Of a stretch of 64,000 nt of DNA, positions 1-11,698 are shown in pieces. The translations under genes and the position numbers were made by a program. The notes under the pieces are model-generated. The model had not been told where the DNA came from. It did not search any database and worked only from the letters and a program-made list of their open reading frames with translations. This DNA comes from Paraspadella gotoi (lineage: Eukaryota > Animalia > Chaetognatha), in the NCBI GenBank assembly GCA_051294375.1, contig CM119263.1:11182703-11246702 (forward strand), read 5' to 3'. Positions within the stretch are counted from its first letter, which is position 1. Each line of letters begins with the position of its first letter.

Positions 1-56
1 TTTTTTATTACGGCCTAAAGAAGTCTGATAACTTATTCATTATTACCTTTTAACAG

Positions 57-1323
57 AAATCCGGACAAATTCACTACCACGTTTGAAGACGAAGAAAATG
101 AAACGAGGGATATTCTCTTTTCTTTAGGTAATTTGATACTAATCTATGTTTTGTTCAGTGACGGTTAACTCGCCATTTTCCAGCGGTGTATCGGAATTTG
201 ACCCAAACTGCATTTCTGACCCATATCCCATCGATCCCTCCATCTTGTTTCGACTCAAGGCATAACGGAGGCCCACCTCCGCCAAGTCCGCCTCCGCGAC
301 GCCCGTTCGTCTGTGACCGGCGTCTTTCGCATCGTCCTCCACCGCGTGCAGAAGCGTCGGATGTTAATGGCGGAGTCTTCCGGTGTGTGGGGCGACGCCG
401 ACGCGGGGAGCGGCTCTCTCGGCGCCGCGGGATACCCGCGCCCGAAGAATCCGACGACCCAAACGACGCCCAAGTCCAGCCCTAAGTTCCCCAAACGGAG
501 TTGGGGCGCGGGACTCGGCAGCCCCAAACTCTGGTCCAAGATGAGGCATGGCGCTTCGGAAGGAAACGGCGCCGGCGGGGCTTGCTCTTCGGATTCCCGA
601 TCGTCCGAGGTCAAACATTCCATGGCCAAGTCGACCGGCGCCGTAAAACGCTCCAGCGGCGTCGCGCTACAAAACTGCATAAAATCGAAGTCGACCGACG
701 CGGAATTAAACGACGTGACGCCGGCCGTCGAGGACGCGGGCAACGTGGTCGTTACCGGCGCCGTCGCCATTGCTAATGGCGGCGCCATCGTCGTCGCAGA
801 GGACTCTGCTACGACTTCGACGGCACCGTTCAGCGTCGTCAACGGACACGTCGATGCAGGTGACGAAGTCGTTCTTTCCTGCGCCGCCGCTTCCGCCGTC
901 GGCGTCACTGACTCACGTCGACACACCCCCGTCCACTCGCGCCCGACGGCGCCAAATATCGCGGCGCCCATTCCTCCACTCTCCCCTCGCCCCGGCGTCG
1001 CGGTGTCAGCGGCCGATTCTATAGAGAAATCGGCGTCGAAAATGGCGGCGCCGAGCGTGGAGCTACTTGTCGACGTCGCCGCCATCGAAGCCGGGCTCGA
1101 CGCCGCGACGCCTTCGGATCGAAAATCTCGGACGCCGCCGCCGTCGTCGGCGCCGCCGTCGTCGTCGTCGCAGCAGACGAACGATTTTCGCTCAACGAAT
1201 TTGAAACGCGCCAAATCAGCCAAAACGAAAGGGTCGTCGTCGTCGTCGGCAGGCGCCGCTGGCGACAGAAGCGGGCGAGATTCTGTTGATGGAGAAGAAA
1301 ACAAAAGTTGCAACATTTTGTAA
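57..1323 (+). CDS. NIM1K: 3' end of a NIM1-like Ser/Thr kinase (AMPK-related); last two exons 57-127 and 260-1323; kinase domain lies upstream of the window
   Basis: Phase-1 splice (TTAG|GTAATT ... CTCAAG|GC) gives EDEENETRDILFSLGITEAHLRQVRLRDARSSVTGVFRIVLHRVQKRR. This closely matches the post-kinase segment I recall for vertebrate NIM1K (EEENEVKSTLEHLGITEEHIRNNQGRDARSSITGVYRIILHRVQRKK). It ends in CaaX 'CNIL' (NIM1K ends CSIL). Confidence 0.85.
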
Positions 1324-2847
1324 ACTTATTATCGATAAAAGAAATGGTTAAGTGTTAAAAAACCAATACGATATATAGACCAATAGAGGTAAGATAGTTT
1401 TGATAACTTAAAAATTAATACATTTAATCGATTTATTGTTTAAAAAGCCTTATTCGACTCTCTGGAAACCCGCGGGAAAAACATATATTAACTAAAACAA
1501 AATGATATTATTCAGAGTAGGAGTTCGTCATTTTAAGCATGTGCCTTTACTTGTGATTTTACTCCTATTATTCTTTTTCATGATTCGAATGCATTTGCGT
1601 TACAAAGACGAAAAAAAATATCCATTTTTATCTAAATCGTCATGGAACTGATAAATTTTTTGTTTTCAAATACAGAACTTTTCTCTCTCTTTCTCCATTA
1701 AAATAAAATGAAATCGCATGTATTCGCTTTTGAGGCGTATTATTTACGAACCGGTCACTTTCCAAATCCCAAATTTTTTCACGAAAATTAAATTACGATT
1801 TTTTTATCGTATTACGTTTATTATTAATGTAACTTTTCTGAAAATTACAAAAACAAATCTCCGCTTCAGTTTTTTTCCGAACCAGCGGACATTAGGAGGA
1901 GAATTGAACTCGGAGATTTACAAAAAAACAAAGAAAAAAAACACCCGCTAAGTTTAATAACCGCATATCAAACAAAAAAAAAATCAATCTTCATAAATTA
2001 TTTGTATTTTCTACTTGAATGTTTTTCGGGTTCCTTATTGGATTCTCTCCTTGCGGCTAATATAAAGTCTTATTTGTTCCGTTATTAAAATTGTTTTTAT
2101 TATTAACGCATAAAAGTGTCTCGATTTATTTTTTAATAAACTCGCGACGATTTACAGTATTAATAACATATACTCACTTCGTTTTATTGTAGCATTGAAA
2201 GTAGAATGTTCGTTCTCTCATAAGTGACTGATAAATTATTGCCTCTCTCTCTTTTTCGTTTATTTTTGCGATTTTCTGCATGTTGTTTACGTTTGGTGTA
2301 TATTTTTCCAAATAGTTTTTTTTAAGATAATTGAGGTCATTTTGAAATTCAAAATTATTATGTAGGGACCACTTGAAGATATTTGTCAGAGGGCAGAAGA
2401 CAAATTCTTTTTATTAATAAAATATTTATGAATTCTCTCTGGGTATGCATACTGGATAACTGGTTTTTTTTTCTAGAAATTATATTTTATTCGGTTTATA
2501 AATGAATATTATACGATCTTTTGCATGTTTTATCTTTGGCGTTAAGTTATTTTATACTGTCTTCCCTGACCTCTTTACTAGAAAAACTCAAGGTTAAGGA
2601 TCTGAAAACAGGAACAATTTGTCATAATTGACTTCCATCAATTGGTACTGAACTACTTAAAATAGGCCAAGTATGTTTTTTCTTCATTTTTCATTTGTCG
2701 AAGGCCTTTTTCGAGAGTATCAATAGTGCTAACCAAACACATTATTATAATACGGTTGCTATGTTACGATCTCAATTCTCATTATGGGCAAATGCACAAT
2801 TGAAAAGTTTTTTGTGTTGAATTTTTTAATTGTCAATTCGCGTAGTA

Positions 2848-3404
2848 CACTGCGGCGTAAAAAAGTAGTCACTTGTTAGCATTAAAAACCCCACTATTTT
2901 TTTTTATTTTGAGAAAATATTTATTAAAATTATAGCTTTTTAAAAAGTTATTGATTGGTATAAGAAAAAAATTAATTGGTTTAGGCAGTAGAATATAGCA
3001 ATACTTTAAAGTCAGAGTCTGAAAATGTTAAAGGAAAGAAAATAGATGAACTTTCTTTTTCTGACTAATAATAAAAGATTGTTTTTTTAAATAATTTCCT
3101 CATTTAAAATTGTTAAGACCTTTCCCTACAAATATTCTATGCTGAATTTGTTCAGCCAACTTCATATTATAAACATTTTATAATAGGGAAAAGTCATTGA
3201 CTTTTTTAGCAAAATTTTTTTTTTACCAATCGATTTTGACGTCCTATAACTTTCAAACGCTTTGCTCGATTTTATTGGGACTTAGATCAGGCACTTCATC
3301 TTTCAAAAAGATTCGTTTTATGTTTCTATATCTTTGTAAAATTCAGCCATCCAATACGGTTTTTTTATGTGAAAAAGTGGCTACTTTTTTTTTGCGCCGC
3401 AGTG
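2848..3404. mobile_element. Tc1/mariner-type MITE (557 bp)
   Basis: Imperfect ~28-bp terminal inverted repeats CACTGCGGCGTAAAAAAGTAGTCACTT / AAGTGGCTACTTTTTTTTTGCGCCGCAGTG; TA on both sides (2846-2847, 3405-3406); no transposase ORF. Confidence 0.85.
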
Positions 3405-4686
3405 TAAAAGAGCTATATAAGCCACTCTCAGTTCAGTCTCCTCGAAAAAGCTAGGCTAAGTTCAGCGGATGAACGAATTACTCTTTGACGGTTGAGAAGA
3501 CCCCAACAGTAGCTGATTATGCTTGATGGCTAAGCCCCTCCATCGTTTCTTTTTTCAAGACATCTTGGCACGATGAGCACTTGCGTTCTCCCGAACAGGT
3601 TAGCGACAATGCAGCATTCAGCTCTAGGCACCACTCCGGAAACTTTTGTTGAAAACACTATCACTGTCAAATAGGCGACGCGGAAAATCTAACCTCGAGA
3701 CAGCTTTTTTGTGGTCCGAATTTCACGCAGCCACCCCGCAATGGGGGGCGCAATCGGGGGCATGGTCTTTGAGGCCGGGTGCCAAGGCCGTATGGAATCA
3801 TTAGCTGTCCAGTGTCCAGTGTCCACCCAACGAGGGGCCCAGCAATCCGTTCCAGGTCTCAAACAATTGTAAAAGCAATAAACATGATTGTTATCAAAGA
3901 AATAAATAAAAAAATTAAGCAAATAGCATGTTTAAGACATTTTTATTGCAAGAAGGCGTGTTTTTCATAGTTTTTTCAATACTGAAGATAAAAAAATTAT
4001 TAATTTTTTCACAAATTTAGAAAATAATAAAATTATGCCAGATTTACCAGATTATAATTTATATGCTATATGTCATATTATTTTTTTACTGGCTAGACGG
4101 TTTAAAAATATGCCATATCTGGCACACAATATGCTAAGTTTAATCAGAAATGCACATTTAACGTTATTCTTACGGGAAAAAAGTTACTACGTACATATGA
4201 ACGTGAAAAAAAAGCATCAAACACGTAAAGCGTAAAGCTTCAATTAAAACTAATTCGACTATCTAAAACAGCTTATCTTAAATTTAATTCAATTGAAACG
4301 TCACAATTAATAATATTTGGATTTTGTAGGCTTTTAAACCTAGTTGTAGTACTTGTAAAGTTGTATGGGATAGGTTATCTGTACTTGCTCTTTTTTCTTG
4401 TTAAAGATAACCTGCTTCAACCGGAAAACCTGTCGTCGTCTCGAGAAATAGAGCTCAACAAAAGACAAACTTCATAATTTCCTTCATTTGCTTTATTAAT
4501 GCTTTAGCAAAACCATTTTTTTTTCAATTTATTATTCATTTATTACGTATCAAGTTTTCAGTTTTTATATTCTTGTTAGCGAAATCTGCAAGAAACAGGT
4601 CAAGCTAGAAACTCAGTTTCCATTTTTGTTTTACCGATTCGATCGCGAATATCGAATTTTGAACTAGTTTTGTCCGACCCAGGGCC

Positions 4687-7600
4687 ATGAGGACTCCGTT
4701 GGGGGCGTTATCAATCCTGGTCTGCTGTGTCGTGCACTACGTTTGCTGTGCGGGCAGCAGTTCAAATTCTGGCTCGCCATCCACGCTGTCCCAACCTCAA
4801 CCGACCGCTGGAAGTTTAACTGAAGAACAAAAAAGAGAAGAGAAGAAAGAGGATGGAAGCAATCCCACCGAGATGGTTGAAAAAGGGGAGGGTTCGCTAA
4901 GATGCTTTCGCAAGGGATTCGCCTCGCCGCCTTATGTTCCACAAATCTCTTCCAACTGTACCGAGTGCGCCAGCGTGTTGATTCAGGCACCTAAGGTCCA
5001 AAATTTGGCTCACCCTAATACATTAGACAGTTATTTGCGACCTCATTTGTGTTTCTCGTCATGAATGATCTATCGGTTGATTGTCTATGCCCTTCTTAAA
5101 TGTAGCTAATTAGCTATTTAGTGTTTTCTTAAAGTTAGAATACGACATCGACTTATTAGCGTTTATCGCTTCATCCCCCTCAGTTCCTCATGTACGCTCC
5201 ACAGTGTCTCAACCAGAAGATGCCATCTGGAAGCGAAGAAAAAATGAGCAATCTCTACAAAAACAAGATTCAGAAGAGCTTCAACATGACCGGGCTCAAT
5301 TACGAGATGAAAAGCATCAGAGTGGATTTCAGCGTTTGCGCTCAGTCGCTTTGCAACAAACCGAAAACGCTGAAGAAGACGACATCCATGAAAGGAGTAA
5401 GCTTCAGTGTGGGAAAGGGCGCGAGCGGGCTGGCGATAGTGATTTCCCCCCCCCTTTTATTCATACAAAAATTAGGATCACAGTCCTCTTCCTAATCCTC
5501 CCGAACGATATTGCTTCTCGTACTTTCTTGATGGTCCGCTTGGCATTGTGGAGTGTCCACCGGAGGGAGGAGTTGTCAGAAACCGAACGGTAATGACAAA
5601 TATTTATTCAAGGTAGATAAGAATAGGGAGAAACAAGTTTGAGCAAATAATGTCGGATCTGCCCACGATCATTAGCGGTTATTAATTAATAAATTAATTG
5701 AATAATTAATTTATTAATTAATAAATACATTGATTAATTTGATCCAAAATGTTTGTTTTTAGGTCTTTTTGTCATTGACAACAATAAAAACGACGACGAT
5801 GATGGCGACGACGACAATAATGTCAATAACGATTGACTAATTAAATAATTAATTAATTGATAAATAAATTGATTGATTGAATAATTAACTAATAGATAAA
5901 TTGATTCATTAAATAATTGATTGATTAATTGAATGTTTAATTAATTATTGATTGATTTGTTGACTAATTCATTATTTGATTAATTAATACATCTTGCATT
6001 TACATTTAATATAAAAAGACAAAGCATAATTAGTGAAACAGGTTTTTTGTTTTTTTCATTTAAACTCATTTCCACTCAGACGATTTCATTGAAAATTGAT
6101 TTCCAGCTTAATAACACACTTTCCAAACCGCATAAAAAATTTAAAGTCAATCTCCCCTTCCACTCATGAGTAATTGGTATTCAAACAGTGAAAGATTTTT
6201 TTATTTTTTCCATTTAAAATCATTTCCACTCGCACAATTCCATCGATACTTCATATCCAGATCAATCACACACTTCCCTACCCACATACAAAATTTCATT
6301 CTAATCCATCCATCCAATCACGAGTTATTGGAGTTTTTTGCTAAGGTGGGACGGACGGACGGACACACAGATAGACGGACTTAATTTTTTTTGCATAATT
6401 TATCAACGTGAATTTCCTTTCTTTTTCGTTGTGATTGCGTATTGGAAGACGTTTTTAATGTTTTTCTACAACGACTTTATTTGTAAAAACGTACATGTTT
6501 CGGCTTACATACAAGCCTTCTTCAGCGTTAACAAATTATTTATCATAATTCGATGTTCTGACATGATATAAGTGAATGCCCGACAAGATTGAGGGGGCGG
6601 ACCGACGGACCGACAAAGTGAATTATGGAGTCGGGATCTGATAAAAATTAAGGCATTGATTATTAACGTTTTATTTGCTCTCAGAAATACATGCAAGAAT
6701 GCGTTTTGCTAACGATCGAGTTTGACTTCGTAGTTTTCTTAGCCGGATGCATCAAGAAGGGAACAAACGAAGCCAGAGTGAGTTGATTTATATTTTTATA
6801 TAATTAATTGGTTTATATTCTTCAACGACGAGAGAACCATCTGTCGGAAGCAAAAAAAAAAGTTGTCGAAAAAGAAAAAAAGGCTAAATTTTATTTTTCG
6901 CCGACCGGGGTTTTGGCGTATTTTAAAAAAATCATTTAAAAATATTTATTTAAAAAAAAAAAATTACCTAATTAGTAATTACCCTAACCTTAAACCCTTT
7001 TAACCTTAACCACCCCTAACCCTAAACCACCCATAAACCACTCTTAATCCTACCCCATAACCTCTAACCCCGGTCGGCGAAAGTAAAATTAACCCAAAAA
7101 TCTCTTCACAAAAAAATTGAAATCTAAATCAATCCTCTACAAAATGAGATAATTTAATTGATGAGAAAATGTAGTACTTCCGTAAATACTTTATTTTGTG
7201 ACTGATTCAATGAGAGATAAATGAATTGGCAATGCCAATGGCGGTTCGAATTCAAGAGCGACGCCGACAAATATTTGACATAAAATAACGAACCTATGGC
7301 AACAGCCGGGTTGCCTGTGATGCCCATTGGGATGGGGCATCTCACTGTTGGCTTTGGGGGCTTCCGACCCTCAGTGACGCCTCCAGTCACTGGCGCGGTT
7401 ACCCTAGGACGGTCTCGCCACAAACCAAAATTTAAAAAAAATTATCAGTTTCTGGAAAATCAACCAATGCGACTAATACGACTTATTTTCAGTTGAGAGA
7501 TTTAATCAAGAAGAATCACCCGAAAGACTCGGGACCGCTCAAGGTTACCATGAAGACCTGCGAAACAAATCTTTGCAACGGTGTTCCCGAGGACGATCTC

Positions 7601-7786
7601 GGCAGCGGAAGCGGGAGCGGCAGTGGGGGCGGCGCCGCATCTGGCGCCGATTCTTTTTACTTTTCGCGAACTTGGCCGACATTTGTTGCCGGCGTCGCTT
7701 TTTTAGGACTCCTAGCTCGCAACGTGATTTCCAGGGATTTGGCAGCGACGATGACGACGATGCCTGATAAGCGGAATCGGTATTAA
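4687..7786 (+). CDS. Secreted, probably GPI-anchored protein with two Ly6/uPAR(three-finger)-like domains, ~340 aa; exons 4687-4995, 5184-5396, 5476-5589, 6685-6777, 7493-7786
   Basis: All four introns are GT-AG and phase 0. Hydrophobic N-terminus. Two 6-Cys units end CAQSLCN and CETNLCN (LU-type terminal CN). A G/S linker precedes a hydrophobic C-terminal stretch (WPTFVAGVAFLGLLA). Confidence 0.7.
5680..5990. repeat. AT-rich low-complexity (ATTA/ATTG)-type tract in an intron
   Basis: Degenerate ttaa/attg repeats around a short (GAC)n run. Confidence 0.6.
6882..7094. mobile_element. MITE-like element with an internal degenerate (CCCTAA/TAACC)-like array
   Basis: TIRs GGCTAAATTTTATTTTTCGCCGACCGGGG / CCCCGGTCGGCGAAAGTAAAATTAACC; a partial opposite-orientation copy lies at ~54342-54400. 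Confidence 0.7.
7295..7422 (-). mobile_element. Short (128 bp) solo LTR related to the TRIM at 17221
   Basis: Minus strand reads TGTGGC...GCCATA; perfect 4-bp TSD AACC (7291-7294, 7423-7426); shares the CAGTGAC...GTCACTG and GATRCCC...GGGYATC hairpins with the long LTR. Confidence 0.85.
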
Positions 7787-8459
7787 GTTTATAAATTCAA
7801 ATTATTAATATTTTGGTTGTAAGAAAACGTTGATGTTGTATTTTGATTCTAAATTGAGTACATTAAAGTGCCTTATCATCCGTGACTTTTAGAAAACTAA
7901 AAAGATGACGAAAGGAGAAATCAGATAAGGAAAAAGCAAGCGGGTAATTTTTCTTCATCTCGTAAGACAATTGACGTTTTAACTTAGTTTGATCCGAATT
8001 CGCTCGTTATCTTTAACTTCAAGTTTAAAATTGAAAAAAATATGAGGTTCAATCCTGTTCTTGTTCTTGCCTATTTGATTTTGACATTAGCTTCCATTAT
8101 ATACAAATCTACTCTGTAGTCTGAACTCTCAACATAAATAATCTAATAAATAACTTTAAAACCATAAAAAAAATATTCCCTCCAGCCCTTTCTGTTCAGC
8201 CTTTTAGATATTTTTAATTTTCAATAAATGTCTTCTTGACAAGAATGATGTCTAATATCTAATTAGAAAACTAGTGCAGAAAGTAACTTTTAACCTTGTG
8301 TTGTATAGATGCTCCCTTTATTTCCAGAAGACAACATTATATTATAAAAAATTTAAAGAACAAATATAAGAAAAAATTTTAAAAGAATTAATGATTAAAT
8401 CTAATTTTATATTGGTTGTACCAATTTTATAAAATTCTGTTCCTTGATTTTTATTACAA

Positions 8460-8694
8460 TTGAAACCTTCTTTGAAATATTATACCACTTCATTGATAAA
8501 GAAGCCAGGTTCTCTGGGAGTGAATAAACGAGACTGTGAGAGAGTCTTGATTGAAAGCTTGCATGTACCTACTATGTAATTATCTTGTAAGAGTGATGGA
8601 GGCCTTAAACCCCAAAAACTGTCTAAAGTCAGGGGAAAGATAGCTTATTTATTAAATGAATGGTTAATTTTTATATTGGTTGTACCAATTTCAT
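8460..8694 (+). repeat. Dispersed repeat family A (~230 bp), copy 1
   Basis: Core TTGTAAGAGTGATGGAGGCCTTAAAC...AAGATAGC...ATTAAATGAATGG recurs at 12220-12364 and 22901-23113; degenerate copies at ~39494-39590 (+) and ~35172-35285 (-). Confidence 0.85.
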
Positions 8695-9601
8695 AATAGT
8701 AAATATGTTAAACTTTGACATTCATTTTTAAATTGAATCCAGTTTAGTCTAGTATAAATATAATATAATAAACAAGTAATCTTAAAATTTTTCATAAATC
8801 CATAGTACATACTTCTCAAAAAAGGAAAAAAATTGCCTAAAAAAGGGATGTGATTCGATTGAGGAAAATTTTTGCAGTCTGCACAATGTCCGCAGAAATC
8901 ACCAAAATTTTTTCTCTCGTCACTGCAAAAAGATTTTTTAATCCGAAATCACTGACGGAATGATTAATGAAATACACGGATCCAAACGGGATTACAGTTA
9001 CTAATACTATTTTTTATAATAGCTGCACGGGACGAATCTAAATTAAATAACAAAATCATGAACGTCGTCGAGCTTTTATGTTTTAAAATTGGCCCCTTGT
9101 TTAAATGCCTCGAGTTGGAATCAATGAAATAATAAACCGGTTTCATGATCGAAAATGAACGTCTGTCATTGGCCCGCTGCCTCCGAAATCCATCCAATCA
9201 AAAGGCCTCGATCACGGCCTTCTTCCTAATCGCTTACTCATGAAAATACAAAAAGCAAGCAAAGCGGCAGCGTCGAGCCTGTCTGAATCCTGGGTAAGGG
9301 AACGATAACAAATCCCTTGGGTAAGTTCGAGACATACGAAAGTAGCGTGTATAAGCCCCTCTTTCTTCGTGTCCTTCGCCGATCAAATTTTTTTTTTTTA
9401 TGAACTCTACCTCTTTTAAGGCGCCTTTTCTTTTCAACGGCGCAATACAACCAAAGAGTTACTGATCGACTTTAGATTTCGAATTTAGTTGCAATAAAAC
9501 AGTTTATCGTCGCTCTTACAACTTTCAGTCAAAAGTACCGACTCCATATTTCTCTGCTACGAACTCTCTTTCACGCCTCCGAACAATTTCTGTCTGCGAA
9601 A

Positions 9602-10408
9602 ATGAACGCGGAGAACTTCCACGTGAACTTCGAGGTGATGAAGGAGCCTAGAGGCTTCATTAAGATCATCCAGTTTATCTGCAGCATCGTGGCTTTTGCT
9701 TGCGTCACGGATTGGACCGGCAAGCTCCAGGTGACCGTTCCCTGCAAAGAAAACGGCACAGGCCAAGACGTCATCGTCAAGGACGTCACCCAAACGTGGG
9801 AGTTTTCTTACCCATTCGCCCTGGACGAAATATCGCTGAGCCAAGTCTGCAAGAACGAGCAACCGACCCCGGATGGAGACTTCATGGCCAACGAGGTTCA
9901 CCAAGCGCAGTTCTTCGTCTGCGTGGGAGTAATTACCCTTCTTGCTTCGATCACCTTGACCGCTCTGTACGTCTGCTACGACGAGGTTTACCTCCGCACG
10001 CCGCGCCTCGTCTGGGCCGACGTAATTGTGCATGGCTCGCTAGCCTTCTTCTGGTTCGTGTCTTCGGCCACTTTTGCTTCCTCAATCGGGGACATAAAGT
10101 ACTTTTCCTCCGAGAAATTCATCCTTAAGCAATTGGGTCCGGAATGCGTTCCCGACAAGTGCAAGGTGGTGGAACCCACCTACGCGGGTCTTCACATCGC
10201 CGCCCTCGTGGGATTCCTCAACGCGTTTCTGTGGTGCTCCAATCTCTGGTTTCTCTACAAGGAGACACGGGAACGGAAGGGAGATTTCGTCGACGAACCT
10301 GCCGAAGCGCAGGGCCCCAGCGGAGTTGGAGGCTACGACCCTTACGGACCCGGTCCGCAGTGGGGCTCGGGACCCTCGGCCGTCCAAGGAGGTCTCGATG
10401 AAATGTAA
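9602..10408 (+). CDS. SYP: Synaptophysin/synaptoporin-family MARVEL protein, 268 aa, single coding exon
   Basis: Motifs KEPRGFIK...FSYPFAL...AQFFVCVGV...GFLNAFLWCSNLWFLYKET; four hydrophobic segments; Cys pairs in both luminal loops; short Y/G/P tail (GGYDPYGPGPQWG). Confidence 0.93.
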   Translation: MNAENFHVNFEVMKEPRGFIKIIQFICSIVAFACVTDWTGKLQVTVPCKENGTGQDVIVKDVTQTWEFSYPFALDEISLSQVCKNEQPTPDGDFMANEVHQAQFFVCVGVITLLASITLTALYVCYDEVYLRTPRLVWADVIVHGSLAFFWFVSSATFASSIGDIKYFSSEKFILKQLGPECVPDKCKVVEPTYAGLHIAALVGFLNAFLWCSNLWFLYKETRERKGDFVDEPAEAQGPSGVGGYDPYGPGPQWGSGPSAVQGGLDEM

Positions 10409-11698
10409 ACTCCAATAATGGGGGGCCCCCTTTTCAAATGATATAAACATTATCGATGCTTTTTTTCCCCTCCCTATCTTCCATTTTGGAAACGGTTTCA
10501 TTAAAGCTAAAACTTTTTGAATATTTCTTTCTTCGGGGCGACTTAAGGGCGCAAGTGAAAAAATGATACGAAGACAATGAAGAAGTGTCGGGAACGAGTT
10601 CAATCGGCGTCGAAAGGCAAAGGCGGATGGATTCCCGTCGGTTTTTATATTCGTCATTGTTTAGATGTTAATTGCTAGAAACCGTGTATGTTAGCTCATG
10701 TCAACGTCTTAGCCCAAGTGTATGACGATATTTACGAAAACTATCAATCGATCAAATTATTATGTAACTCATACCAAATTCTAGAAAGTTTATAATGTTA
10801 GAAGCAAAATTTTATAAACTAAATTTTAAACCCGTTGGCACGATCTATTATATACTAGTTCGTTATACTTTGTTTTGATGAGTCTTTGGTCTCGCCTCGC
10901 TCCTCAAAACTGCACTTTTGATTAAATCTCAAGTAGCATTTCACGATTTTTTTGTTTTTCTATTGGACACGGCCATCCGCGTTAGACATCCACCCGATCT
11001 ACCCGTGATTAAGCGATTCAACCTGGTTTATAGTGTATATTTTGACTTTGTTTTTTGTAGCAATTCATTAATCATTTGTATAAAAGGGTAACTAGGATTG
11101 ATCAAGTTTTGGTGAAATAACTAGACTAATTTTTAATTGTATAAATTTTGAGACATGACTATTTAAACTAATAATAAACTTAATTTTCTCGAAACGAATT
11201 TTATCATGCTTCAATTTCAATATAATGAAAATTTTATTATGAGCTATTTTAGGCGTTTCTTAAACTTGCAAGTTCGTATAAGTTTAATGAAATTCGGTAA
11301 AAAGGACAATTTTTTTGGTCATAGATGCGGAAGAGAAAGTAGTTGAAATTGAAAGAAATTAAGAGAAGTAAATAAAATTTATAATGGTAACATGGATTAA
11401 TTGTATTTATTAAGTTAATGATTAAGATTAACTTATAAGTAAAAACATGAAATTGCTGTAGGACTTTTTAATACCATAGCAATTAATAACGAACAAATAC
11501 AGAGAAAAATATTTAGAAACGAATTAGTACGCATGAGAAGGCTAGTATTTTTAGAAAATAAAAAACATTGCTCAAATTTTAAATATTTCTTTTAATATAA
11601 ACTTTTCGCAAAATTTAGATATCTAAATCAAAAGTTTTTTTTACTGTTTCAGAAATTCTGTAGAACTAGTTAATTTATTTTATGCGAATGTGTGGTCG

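Noticed and set aside
159-265. Alternative NIM1 exon after a 31-nt intron
   Set aside because: It hits a stop and loses the conserved GITE..RDARSS motif; the acceptor at 259 restores homology.
255-1316. 353-aa minus-strand ORF
   Set aside because: Antisense shadow of the GC-rich NIM1-like last exon; no recognisable motif.
3440-3900. GC-richer patch with short ORFs
   Set aside because: No recognisable domain, splice structure or repeat partner in the window.
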